64,000 nt of DNA from Ophelia neglecta (taxonomy: Eukaryota), in NCBI GenBank assembly GCA_965285935.1, contig OZ260665.1, positions 20,460,001 to 20,524,000 on the forward strand. The letters are read 5' to 3'. The notes below the pieces were generated by a model. That model did not search any database, had not been told where the DNA came from, and worked only from the letters and a program-made list of their open reading frames with translations. Of the stretch, positions 51,501 through 64,000 are shown one piece after another; the first letter of the stretch is position 1, and every line of letters begins with the position of its first letter. A program made the position numbers and the translations under genes.

Positions 51501-54500
51501 ACACCCCAGGGGTACAGCAGGGGAACACAGTAACATAGTACAATACACTGCCACTAGGAAAACCACTGTCAACCCTCGGCAAGCGACATCACACAGGGAC
51601 AGGCCTGTAATTACAACCAACCAAAAGGGATCTCTTTGTAATACACAGAGACCCCACAACCCTTAAGGCATCCAAGTCAATAAATAAAGACTCCCCTCCC
51701 AGGGGGGGCATTTTAGTATTCCCTCCCCTGGATAACTTGAACCAAGGCTTGCAGGATTCGCTTTCTCGGACTGATGAGTCTCCTCCACCTCCACCCCACC
51801 CCCCTCGCTGATGTGCAATGCAAACTTTAGCTGCCAAGCTTTATAATAATTTAATGGCAAGCCAGCCATTGGCAGTCAGACACATGAAAATAAATAACTG
51901 CAGGCACATAGTATCAACCTTAGCTATCAATTTAAGTATAGCTCAGGCAAAACTGTCATTGAAGGCCAGCCCAAACCCTCTACACGGCAAAGAGCAGTGA
52001 TAAATGGAGTAAACTGCTCAAATAAAACACTGAAATGATTTCATCTAGATGAAGTGAATTAATTCACGGCTGATGACAGAAGAAGATGGCTCTTTGCCAT
52101 TGTAAATTGGGAATTCACACATCAGGGCTCGAAAACAACCTCAATCATCTAGTTTTATTTGATATTAAGTGCTTTAAACGGGCCAGAAAACTGAAAAACA
52201 TAATCACACCTTGATTACTGAAAAAAACAATATTTGATGGCATACGCAAGTGTGAAAATACCCTTCATGATGCATGTCATGGCCAGAAACGCTACAATTG
52301 ACTCTTATTTCAGCGTGCAAACATGGCTGCTTGGTGATCACTTTAGACAAATTGCCGGCTACATACAAATGTACAATGGATGAATGAATTGATGGGAGTA
52401 CAGGTCAATGTCGTTATTTCACACAATACGTCCATGTTTTATAATTTGATAACTGGTGTATTACTGACACAATTGGGACAATTGATACATTCTCCCCACT
52501 TAACTAGCAGACAGACAGCTGCGTTGGAATATATTGGGGGGAGGGCGGTGCTAAGGCAGGACGGGAGGCTGGAAGCTTCAAGTACCCTTCATTTATAAAG
52601 AAAAAGTGGGCTGGGGGAGGGAACATACCTTTTTATGAGCCAAGCCCCCCCCCCACCCCCTGTGACCTAAGCTCCCTCCTTCATTTATGTGTCCCCTATA
52701 AGCATCCCTCTCCCCCCCCCCCCCCCCACCCATCACACTTCCACTTCTCTAAACATACATACAAATGTTTGCTAATTTAAATGAGTTATTGATAAACTGA
52801 CCATTTCAATAATATCAAGTTTGTGCACAGGGGCCAAATGCAGGGCTGCAGCCTGAAAACTACTAAGCAAGCTCCTACAAATAACTTGTACAGATTAACT
52901 CTATGTAGTATGTACAAAAAGTATACATTCCAAAGCAAAGATCACATCTGATATATCTATAGAGCATTATAAACCAGCTTCATAAACCCAATGGCTGTTC
53001 AGGTAATATATTTAGTAAGATACAATGATCAGTTTAATATACCCAATAGGGGTGGCATAATCAGCCATCTTATTATTATTTAATTATCAGTATATTACTA
53101 TTCCACAAGTTCTCAGTGTTACCGTCAGAGCCTTCAAGCCATGTTTAATAAAAGAGATATTCGTGCTGTGACACAAGTCCTCCGACAGATATAAAACTTA
53201 CAAACAGCACCGGGAAGCTACCCGAGACACCACTAATATATCTGTCAGTATTAAACAATGATGATGCTCGCATTTCATTAATATCATGACCAATATCCCC
53301 TCAACGGGGAAAAGAACGGAAGACACACCAGCGGAAAAACGACACTGGTTCAGTCCTCCTCGGTCCAAGACTGGATCCCAGCCATCAACCAGCACAAAAC
53401 CAAATTAGCGCCGGCCAATTAGAGCGCTGTGTTGTAGAAGGCATCCCTGTCAAGCTGAGAGCAGTTTCCGTTTGAAACAATGGTCTTTTATATGTCCATT
53501 GTCCAGATATAACTAAACACAGCAATCGTCTGCTAACAAATCGGATGGCTGAGGCAGGGAATGGCACATGCAGCATGCTTCTATTTAAATTTATTATAAT
53601 GATTCAGTACCTAAACTTCTCGTTCAGGATTGATGCATTATTCAAATGAACTAAATACAAGAAAAGCCTTGATAACAATTAGGAATTGAAAGATTGGCAG
53701 GGCCTCTTAAGATTGGAAGGGGAGCTGATAAATTGGTGAGCACACAGCACACACGAGTTGTTCAGCACTGCACAACGCAGCATATGCACTGCACGATGCT
53801 AATGGCAAACACAAGGGGTCAGGGGTCAACACGACTCAAGCGTGTCACTTTTTATGTGGCTGTCAGTTCTATCTCCACAGTGCATCACAGTGTAACCCAA
53901 TCGCCCTGTATGCGTGGAAGGGACCAGCAGAAAAAAAGAAAACCCGAGCCAGAAATGTCTTCTCCTTCGGAGTTTATAGCAGTTAAAATAAATAATAAAC
54001 CATCACCACCGAGGCGTGGGCCGGCAGTCGCAATAAGACCGAGAGATAACGGTACAGTCGCGGGCTAACAAGACAAACGTGACAGTCAGACCACCGCTGA
54101 AGACACAAAACCTTATACCCCGAAGACACTAGAATACCACACACAAAAAACTCTGAAAAATGTGAGTTAATTATCAGTTTTACGGCAGGTGAAAGGGGAG
54201 GTATTATTATTAGAAATACTAATCAAAGAGAAATTTGAATTTGATACATTTATTATCCCTTTATGACCAATAAAAGTACTTAATATAGATGTTTTTAAAG
54301 TTAACTGCTTATACAATTTAATAACAATGACGTTAATTTTAGATTTATGACGGTGCTCATGATGTGATGACATTTCAAAACATTTAATCTCGATTTTTTC
54401 TTCTGAAATAGTGTATATGTTTAACTCTGTGCAATAATTCAGTACATTTTTACTATGCCATGGCTGTTTAACTCTTCTTCACTGGATACAACCAAAAGTG

Positions 54501-55200
54501 TAGTAATCACCAAATGCTTACAGAGTCACACTAGATAAGGGTTAATAAGCAACACAGCAGACGACTTTATGGTCACAAAGTCGCTGCTGAACTATAAATT
54601 CACGGACAATGACATCTCAAAAGCTGGTTGCACTTCCCTATTTGAACTCTGGTATTACTACTGATAGAGGAAGCCCTCCAAAGTCTCCCACAGACCAGCA
54701 ATCTCCGGAAAGGGGACAAGGAGTGAGAAAATGGATGAAGATCCTGACAGACCAGTTTACTGACACCACCTCAGATAGTCAGTTCTCCAAAGAACTAGGC
54801 TAAAATGACTAGGAATCAAATTTGTGGATTAGAGTCCAATAAAATGTAATACCTGTGTCAATGACAAAGTTTGTTGACAATTTGTGGTTTTTTCTATTTG
54901 CGAAATTGGCCGATTTAATTGCCACAAATACTTTCTCGTTTTACACTCGACTTCTCCAAAAGTAATCAGCATGTCACCCTTAAAATAGATCCCTGTTTAC
55001 TGGTCAAAAAATAGCAAAAAAACAAAAGATCAGAAATTAAGAAAACCTTAAAAGTAGGTAACCATCTCCATCATACAAATAACCTGAAGAGCTTATTAAC
55101 TGGAGTAATATGATTCATAGCTGTAAGGATTCTAGCAGATCCTGACTTCCTAATTTGCACAGTAAACCCATTAAAATTCACAACCTTTTATTGTTCATTA

Positions 55201-55378
55201 TACAGTGAAACCTGTTTATTATTATTAAGACCACCAAAGGGACTGGAGAACACTGGTCTGATTATGGAGGTGGTCTATTTAGACAGGTTATTTAACATTG
55301 AAAGTATCCTAATACAGGTGGTCTAAATTGACAGCTGGTTTGATTGTAAAGAAGGGCTATAAGGCAGGTTTCACTTTA
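55201..55378. mobile_element. MITE family A, copy 3 (inverted orientation)
   Basis: TA-CAGTGAAACCTG...CAGGTTTCACTT-TA termini; CAGGTTATTTAACATTGAAAGTA is the reverse complement of the core of copies 1 and 2. Confidence 0.8.
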
Positions 55379-55498
55379 TTACAACTGTGCGTATTCGTAA
55401 GGTTCCTAGGCAATCAAATTTACAAATCTTGTGGACATTTAAACTGAGTAATTTAAGGCTCCCCAAGTTTGTACCAACCATGGAAATGTTAATGATTG

Positions 55499-55664
55499 TA
55501 CAGTGGTCCCTGGGATGTAGGGCCACCTCTAAATCCAAGAAAAAGTGTCCCTACATAGCAGGGGTCCCTTCATCAGAGGGACATTAATATAAGAAAGATA
55601 GGACATAGGCATTGAAAAATGTCCTTTGGTTGGAGGGAGTCCCTTCATAGCAGGGACCACTTTA
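55499..55664. mobile_element. Tc1/mariner-type MITE family B
   Basis: TA-CAGTGGTCCCTG...CAGGGACCACTT-TA termini; a related degenerate copy lies at ~48430-48575. Confidence 0.7.
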
Positions 55665-58600
55665 CAGTAAAACCTGGATAAAGCAGCCGTATGTTTATTA
55701 CACTGCCTCTTAAATATAGATCTGCCATAACAAAAGCAATTAAATTGCACGCATTAACAGTTCTTAGAAATTCATTATGAGACTGGCATAAAATGAAAGA
55801 ACATGCCACTGCCACATACTAATTATAACAGTGGGAATATTACATGACACATTATATTATATGTGGGCCACTTAGTAATCAAGTATTTTCCAAGTACTGC
55901 CTATTAAATCATGATATAGCGTCACCTAACTCAGAAAAACTGAATTTACAAGTCTCCAGTTCCTACGATTACCTTCGTGAATAGAACACAAACATACGCA
56001 CTGGAAGTTTCTGGAACAATGAACGCAAATACTTTTGTTCTTGCACCGAAATCATGATTGTCGCCTCCTAAATTCTAGAATAGTGCGACTTTTCCACGTT
56101 GATATTTGAAAGGCTGCTTCCAGATCGGGTCGGCTTTCAATAAATTAGTGCATTATGGGTAATTAGTTATCTTACACCTTTTATTTCCAGGGAAACCTCT
56201 CTTCCATTTATTTGTTACCTATCAAAAGGACTTTGTAAGGTAGAAAGAGTGTGACATCATGAAAGGATGGTTCTTACACCCTACTAGCAATCATATCTAC
56301 TAATGACCAGCAAGTCTAACTACTAGCCAAGAGGGTTTACATAAACATTTATAACCATAATAATAATCATAATATGACAGATTTTAGTACATAAAAGTCA
56401 TCCTTAGTCAGTAAACATTGTTTTGAAACTGTTTTTGTGTATTTCTAACTATTTGGAGACAAGTTCCTGGGCCAATGGTACTTGCAATACACAAGTTTCT
56501 ACTTGGAAAAAATAATTCATTCACGATATACTTGTCGTGAAAATATTAATAATCCATAAATGCAATGTATTGAATATTTCTGTAGGAGTTTCTGCTCCTC
56601 TTGACTTCTGCATTTGGCACTATAATTATAACGCGTTCCAGCTCTCATTAAGGCAGGCAGCTCTCAGTATAATGGCCGCGTATCGATGTTGTGCACACAT
56701 TCGTAATAGTTGGTCTAAGCAGGCCATTCTCCACAAAAGAAGCATTAAACCATTTTTTGTTGGAGGCAGTCAAAGCGAGAAATAGCTCTTTGTATTGTTA
56801 TTTGTTTATCATTGATTAGCTCTGCCGCTGTGAGAAATATTGAAGCATGGCAAATGAGAGTGAGGCTGAAGTACACGATTGATATTTAATATCAAGTTCA
56901 ATACTGAGGAGCCTTCTCTGGGCGAGCGCCGGCTCTATCCCTGGGAGTGGGGATAAGCCTGGGGTCAGAATTTACCTTGACAATGCTAATAACAAATACC
57001 TAAATCCATTCATGCCTCCCACCCATACCTGTCTATCATACCAATGTTATGGCTCCTACTTAGACAAAACTTGCAGGCCTTGGCAGGCCAGCATTGAAAA
57101 AGGTGTGCACGGCTTATTTGAACAAGTCGCAATACAATATACTAGTAAGGCGGGATAAAAATCAATGGCAGCAAAAGTGGCGTACTTCTAATAGATATGG
57201 GGGCTTGACAGGGTTACAAAGGTATGGAATCAGCACCTTGTACCGACAGATAGGGAGTATTAATAATACTGACCCACAGACAGACGGACACACACAGACA
57301 AGAGACAGGCTTGTCTAAAACGGCAGGACGCCACTCCATCCAGGAGAGCCATACTGGCCAGGAGATTTATAGCCGATATCGCTACCTTTCTAATGAAAAA
57401 TCTAGAGGACCTGTCTGTAGATTTGTGCCAAGAGCCTCCCCTTGGACCCTTGTGGCAATTAAATATTAAGACCGCCATCTCCAGTCTTCGGGGACGACTC
57501 ACATGTAAACCGCCCTTAATCAATAACAATATTTTCGATGGGAGGCTGCTCCTACTACATGAAAATTAGTTTTTATTGATACAGTGCGCGACATTGGGTG
57601 AGGCGAAGACGGCCGACTTTCTGAGTAGGAGCAAGGGGGGGGGGGGGATCGGCAGGGAAGTGGCGGGCTGAATCAAGGGGTAGGCTTGAAGAAATATCAC
57701 CAGGTCATTTACTAGCCGATTGGACAACAACCAGGCCTGGAGCACCCTCCACCGTGAATGTCGGCCTGGAAAGCCTGTTAACCCGACTTGTAGCAGTGAT
57801 CATAGACATTAATAACAAGTAATCACACACACAATAGTGCTCTTGTCAAATTTGTCAAGAAAACTTCCACATCAGAAATGCTTGAACGATCTTCAGGTGG
57901 CTTTGTTACCGACTTGTTCAGGTCGGTTCACTTGTGAAGCAAAATTTGCTTTCAAATGGTGAATTTGTCACACAAAAAACCCACACTCGTATGTAATTTA
58001 TAATTAGTGAAGCAGTTTTAGACTTTGACCTGAATAGTGATTAATGGAAAAACAATGCGCAGAAATCTTTAAAATGCGAGTTAAAGGCTGTGGAGATATG
58101 GGAATTTGTAACACCGTAAAAAAAATGATAGATAAAGAGGCATTTTCCCCTGTTCAAATGTGAGCATGTTGGAAAACTCAGTAAATAACACAAATGCACC
58201 ACCCAACATTCATATTTCATGCACTGTCTGCATGCATGAATGAAAATGTTACCGATAACATCGACAGAACCATAATCGTAAGTCATATTAACTAACTCGC
58301 TCCGTGTAAAATGTCATCACACACTATTATATGCGTTACATCATATATATACATGTCAGAAACGACAGCCTCTTTTTACCAGGCTGCAAAATCTGGAGCT
58401 AAAATTGCTGAAATTACACCAGAAATTGTGTTGGTTGTACATGAACCATGAACAGAGGCGAGAGGAAAGCTAGCTTCCAGCCTTAGCTGGGATCAAAGGG
58501 CAGAGATGACTCAATCTAAATCTACATCTTCCAACATCTACAGCCTCTAGTGCAGGCATGTGCTACACTAAGTGAAAACCACAGCAGGCATGTGGGCTGA

Positions 58601-59613
58601 AAACTGCCGGAGAATTAATATGCATTCGTATGCATTCACCATCCAAGAAAAATAATACACTATGTACAGTCTCTTTTCATAAAATCCTCCATTCTCTAAA
58701 ATCACAACAAGGATATCCTGACATTAAACCCCACATCATTATCCTGCACATGAGTCAGAGCAATATGTGCCGAGTAGTGATTTAAACTTGACAGAAAAAA
58801 ATAAAATAAAATAATTTGTGAATCATGTGAGATATGAGTATTCTGGTATTACCAGACATTCCTCCCCTAATAAAACTATAAATTTGTTTATGCTAGTGAA
58901 AGAAAAGATGACAGCCACCAATATTTCATATTGACAATACACCAAACTGTGTTTACACTGACCTAAATTTTTGTTGAAAATGTTTCCTTATCAGGTCTGT
59001 TTAAATACAAACATTTGGTTGGATGGTGAAACAAACACAGCTTAATGGAGCCATTAAATTATTTAGACAGATATATAACAAAATAGGACAATGTCTAGTC
59101 ACGCTGAAAGCATATTTTGGGTCAGAGGAAGATAAAGTATTTTAATAATTATCACTTTTTAACAATTTGTCTGCAATGTATGAATTGTGTAGCAACTATG
59201 ATTACAAGACACTTTTTAGCTGTGACAAACTCTAGCGAGATGTGTGAAAAACAACCACTTTTGGACAAGTATGTGACAAAAGGCGTCCCCATATGTTATG
59301 ACGGTATGTGTGACAGATCATATTAACCCAAAATGGGACAGGTGTACATGCTACATGAACCATGTACTAGAAGACAACCTCAAAACTCTTTGATCTTTGT
59401 CAAGGAAGCGCCCACTACACAAAACACAACAACGTGGTTGGAACTGGTTAGAAAATGACGGGAATAGGTGAGAGAACGGCTAGAAATCGGCCCCAACAGC
59501 CGTCTCCCGGCGCCGTGATTACGCTAGCCTCATTTAAATTACCCGGGAAGCTGGCCGTTTAAATTTGAAATGGGGACAGTAGTGACCACACAATATAACG
59601 ACAATGTACTTAC

Positions 59614-59714
59614 AAAGCTTCCTAATGTAGCACCATTTGGGTAAGGGTAGGGAGTTATCATGGGATATCCCAAGAGCCCCGGCCTTTCGGGCACAGGATG
59701 TCCCGGAGTTTTTC
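59614..59714 (-). CDS. TCF: TCF/LEF coding exon 3
   Basis: Acceptor TTCTCTGCGTTTTCAG|, 101 nt (G)KTPGHPVPERPGLLGYPMITPYPYPNGATLGSF, donor TTT|GTAAGT. GYP..PY.PNG resembles the TCF7L2 exon-3 motif GYPFIMIP..PYLPNGSLS. Phase 1 in, phase 0 out. Confidence 0.92.
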
Positions 59715-60070
59715 CTGAAAACGCAGAGAATCATACTTTAATACATTTATTCAATGTGGGTCAAAATCCGTTACAAACTTTAAATGTCATCACTGGGTTA
59801 TTTATAGCAGCGTGGACACTGCAGCGCTGGACTCGTATTATGCTGACAAGCCACATCAAAGAGTATACAAAACTCGTCTAAAACACGCCCGATTTACAGA
59901 AATACAACGAGACTGCAGGCGAAAAGTGTCATTAGACACAGTTTACACTACATTGCCTTAAAATTACGTGTGGAAGAGTTGGCTGTGCGAGATACACAAG
60001 TGTGTACGGGCCAGGCACAGTGAGAGTGTACACCGGCATTCGGCCGCCTTTGATTTACAAAATCACCTAC

Positions 60071-60137
60071 CATCCTCGCTACCCGGGGTCTTTTCTCCTC
60101 CCGTGTAGCTCCGTCCTTCGATATCCGACGATTTTCC
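60071..60137 (-). CDS. TCF: TCF/LEF coding exon 2
   Basis: Acceptor TTGTCTGTTTCAG|, 67 nt GKSSDIEGRSYTGGEKTPGSED(G), donor ATG|GTAGGT. Phase 0 in, phase 1 out, in frame with exons 1 and 3. Confidence 0.9.
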
Positions 60138-60256
60138 CTGAAACAGACAAAATTAGAAATGTGTAGCTATCCGTAGAGCCTAGAATCCACAATTATCATC
60201 GCTTTGATCCCACGGAAATCGGCCTTTCAAAGTAGGCTCCAAGTTGTGATTCGTAC

Positions 60257-60406
60257 CTCTTCGGTTTCTGTTACCAGTCCTAACTTATCTTCGGAGAGGT
60301 TTTCCGAGGATCTTTTCTCCTCCTCACACTCCCCCTCGTCCGTGTACACCTTAACCTCGTCCGTAGAAGCTAAATCGTCCCCGCCGCCGGAATTCACATG
60401 CGGCAT
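60257..60406 (-). CDS. TCF: TCF/LEF transcription factor (pangolin / TCF7L2-like), coding exon 1, beta-catenin-binding domain
   Basis: Minus strand ACC-ATG at 60406 translates [50 protein letters not shown] (150 nt), then donor GAG|GTACGA. This matches the TCF/LEF N-terminal beta-catenin-binding motif (cf. vertebrate [30 protein letters not shown]). Confidence 0.97.
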
Positions 60407-60700
60407 GGTGACAACTCGCTAAACTTTGAAGTAATTTTCGCTTAGATGTAGCCGAGGAGGTGATCGTTTGAAATCCGCCATGTAGCTTTCTGCCCGACTC
60501 TATTCGCTGTGTAACTCGCACTAGTGCCGAGAGGCCTTTGTCCCAGTTCAAATCACCGACCAATCATAGCACGCCTTACATCCACCGCTTGGCTAATGTG
60601 CCCTCCATAACACGGACGGGTCGATTTTCGCGGGGGACTATGTTATCAATGGCGATTGCCGATGGGTGGGCTGTTTGACGGAAAAAATGATCAATTGAAT
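60407..60700 (-). promoter_or_regulatory. TCF 5' UTR / proximal promoter region (TSS not defined)
   Basis: CpG-rich stretch immediately upstream of the ATG with CCAATCA at ~60560, followed by very AT-rich DNA. Confidence 0.5.
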
Positions 60701-63700
60701 AGCAAATGATATAGTGGTCTGAATTCATACACGAAATCATTAGCTTTTATTTCTAATTTGACTTCTAATGATTAGAAATTATGAACCAATGCATATTTGG
60801 CTTTCAAATAATAGTAATAATGCAAGTCTTTATATTGGCCTAAATTGTCAGCTTCCCACGTTACAAGCATAGGGCTAGGCTAAAGAATGCACATTGGCAG
60901 ACTAACATACGCGTATTTTTCATCTATAAAAAAGATATAAAAGATGCATTTCTATCTAAAAGCCTATAGGCTATATATAAGGCTCTATACTTAAGTTCCA
61001 CCTCGCCAATAACATACTTTGTATAACAAGACGGTTATATCCTCCTTAAATAGGTGTAAATGACTGTACTAGCCTTAAAAATCATAAAAGTAGGGCTAAA
61101 TATCCACTGTAATAGCCAAAGGTGTCCATAGAAGAAGCTAGCTAAAGCTATCCAGCATATTAAATACTTATATTTAGCTGTATAACATTAGGCCTATCTC
61201 TTAGAAGAAGAAATAATTGAAATTATATAACTTTAAAATGAGACAAAACCCCGGGTAACATAATTATCTTTTCAAAATGATACAAAACACCGTGTAACAT
61301 GTCTATTGTATTATTATTATCATTAATAAGTGGCTATCGTTATGTTAGTTGTACATGTACATAGATATACTGTATATAACTTTAGATCTACCATTATCTG
61401 CTTGCAAACTAGTTTCTTGGATTATTATTTTAGTTATAATCTTAGCAGACGTGTCGTATGTACTGTTCTATAGTCCTCTTACCTCATTTCATCGTCTCAT
61501 TCTATCTCACTCATATTTGTAATTACTGTCTTAATGCTTTGTTTGGAAATTACGCTTTTTAATCTACAATATGTAAATAAATATGTTGGATTCAACACAA
61601 CTTTTAAATGCGACAAAGCATCGGGTAACAAAGGGTAAATGTTAGGCGGAAGCCTCGTTGTGTGATGAGCGTAGAGCTAATGAACTTGGTGGGAAAGCTA
61701 ATAGGTGTAATCCTCCAAAGACGCCCTATGGAGGAGAAACCCATTAGGGTATACCTTAGGGGTTGGCCCTGGAGCAACACGTGGGGAAACGAGGGTAAGA
61801 AGGAAGGGGGGGTATAAGGGGATTCCTGACCCCCCCCCCACACACACACACAAACACAAACACGCACATACCCCCTACGCCCCATCACCCACCCATCCAC
61901 CTCACCCCACCCCGAAATCACCCCAACCTCACCCCAACCCCAACCTCACCCCATCCCCACCCTTAATTCTGCCATTCACATGTATAGGTAAGGTTATATA
62001 GCCAAGTGTCTTATCATCATTAATAATACGCGACTTGGCTAAAACCTACCTCCCCTAATAAAATGTCAACAAACTTATTATATAGTTGATTTAATATTAA
62101 AGTTGTTTTAAAACAAGTATTTGTCTTTAATTTCAATTGAATTCAAAGTGTACTTATTGACATAAAATACATTTCTTTATACAATCCGTGGTTAATCACA
62201 AAAAAGAATAAAAATGTATATGGTGTCAAAGGGTACGGGACAACAGTCTGGCTGTGAATTAGTCCAGTCAGGAGATACTTTAAAGTTATAAATGTAAAAC
62301 TCGATAAGTATATGAGTGCAATATAGATTGACTTCAAAATAACAAAAGTTCAAACTATCCCGCCACATAGGCCTATATCTAATCTAAAGTTGATATCTCC
62401 AGTCAGAAAGTCAAATCTATCCAGATGGATCTTTCCAGGCCTTCGGTTCTAAGGTTTTGATCAGCCAAGTCACAGGTAGGCCTAAATACGCAGGCCTACA
62501 TGTTACCTATTTGTCTGACATTCCCAATTTTCCTGCCATTCAAATGTCTAATTATCCTATACATTAGGCCTATGCGCTCAGAAAGTTAGCTAACGCCGCG
62601 CTAGATAGGCCTATAGCTTAATTCCGCACACACTTTAAATGCAAGTATTCCTCCGCGTCGTTTAATTCCGCGCAGTGAGTAGCCTTATATACCACGTGCT
62701 CGTTATGAGGCGGCTAAGGCCGACTGGGCGGGTTAAAGGGTGCGCGAAATTACCCTCCATATAGGCCTACCACGTTTGAATAACAGGAATTGGGAACCGT
62801 TAGAAAATAAACGTCATTTAAGTTACATGAAAATGCCGTGCAGAAATGAGCATCCGCTGGAGTTACACACATTGGATAGTTAAAAAATGCTTACTTTCTT
62901 CGCAGTAGGTAAGTCTCTGGCTTAATTATTTATAGGATAGAAATATATCTATATATACCTTATGAAAGATTAATATATTATTTGTATAGTTTTCAATTTA
63001 ATTAGTTTTGAAAGACAGCGCCAGGGCTAGTATAATATAATCACCCCAACCCCAAACCTAACCCCAACCCCTACCCCCCCCCCCACCCCCACCCCCCCCC
63101 CCACACACACCGTCGCAACTATGCCCTTACTATGCCCGTATGTTTAACTCATATATATATATACATGTACATGATATGAAAGAAATCACTGAATTTGTCG
63201 GTGACTGCTCAAGGTTGATTATATTAAAGTCATTAAAGGCATGACGAGACAGTGAGTGAGTTTCCTTTGCATGAAATTGTCTCTAATGATTCGATAAAAT
63301 CATGCTTATTATAATTTGTAAAACTTAATCTTTAAAAAAAACTCACCCTCGGTCTGCAACGCATCACTAACTAAATCGTTAGCAAATCATGCGTAACAAT
63401 TAATTCTGTTTGTCAATCGCACTTGAAAATGATCAAATGCCACTTTAAATCCAGCGGGAAAAAATGTTGTAGTGAAGATGCAAGAAAAAATCGTCTGCTT
63501 TTGGAGAATTGAAACAATCACGATGACGGAGCATTTGGGAACAATCGAACGGGTTTACTCGACTGTTGATTGACGAACGTTAGGCTATTATTTCAGATAA
63601 AATAAGAGTGGTTATTTATCTTAAAATAAAAGCGGGTGACATTTTTAGATTAATATTTAAAGCACATGTCACATTCCGTTAAACGGCAAATAAATATATC

Positions 63701-64000
63701 AAGTGAAAACGCGTGTTTTGCAGGGTTCATTGAGCCACGGAGTGACATGTCGATATATCGGCCCCAAAACACAAGCACAAATATATTAAAATTTCTATTT
63801 GTACGGTATAGTAGGTGTTTGCAAAAGGAGGACCTACTCCACTCATAATGCACTATTATTAGAAATACCACAATGCTACGCACTTGAGTTAATGGATATT
63901 TCTTTGAGGGTTTGCAGCTGGCCTAAGAGAGTCCCTTCGCTACTGCACGGGTTTGTACGGCAAGTAGGCTCGTTTGTGACGGTTTAGGAAAAACGCAGGT

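Larger units (their letters stand above)
6445..59613 (-). other. Giant (~53.2 kb) intron between TCF exons 3 and 4
   Basis: GTAAGT donor at 59613 and TTTCAG acceptor at 6445 with compatible phase 0. No recognisable coding exon lies inside, but small cassette exons cannot be excluded. Confidence 0.8.
1..60406 (-). other. TCF: TCF/LEF gene span (partial; HMG box and C-clamp exons lie beyond the window start)
   Basis: Four in-frame exons are identified, and I recognised no HMG-box coding sequence in the window. Confidence 0.92.

Noticed and set aside
60204-60563. ORFs 60204-60422(+) and 60351-60563(-)
   Set aside because: Antisense and off-frame shadows of TCF exon 1 and its 5' UTR.
61895-63100. 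CCCCAA/CCTAA-rich runs as interstitial telomere
   Set aside because: Irregular low-complexity C-rich sequence, not a regular TTAGGG or TTAGG array.

Overview
Animal genomic DNA, AT-rich with poly-C/G runs and MITEs. It is most likely a protostome or spiralian invertebrate, judged from the PPPAHMGIPP motif; the species cannot be determined. Almost the whole window is the 5' half of one minus-strand TCF/LEF (pangolin, TCF7L2-like) gene that the ORF track misses because its exons are short. Four coding exons read in frame with canonical GT-AG sites: 60406-60257 (beta-catenin-binding domain), 60137-60071, 59714-59614 and, after a ~53 kb intron, 6444-6327 (...PPPAHMGIPPVHMDPKTG). The HMG box and C-clamp exons must lie beyond position 1. 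The most interesting signal is a candidate Wnt feedback module. A putative alternative first coding exon at 1026-951 has the same splice phase as exon 4 and would give a TCF lacking the beta-catenin-binding domain. It sits in a 10 kb zone with about 15 TCF-binding sites (ATCAAAG/CTTTGAT), some paired with C-clamp Helper motifs. Also seen: a candidate 15-nt microexon, further intronic TCF-site clusters, RFX X-box-like motifs, a candidate recursive splice site, MITEs and minisatellites. All counts are manual.
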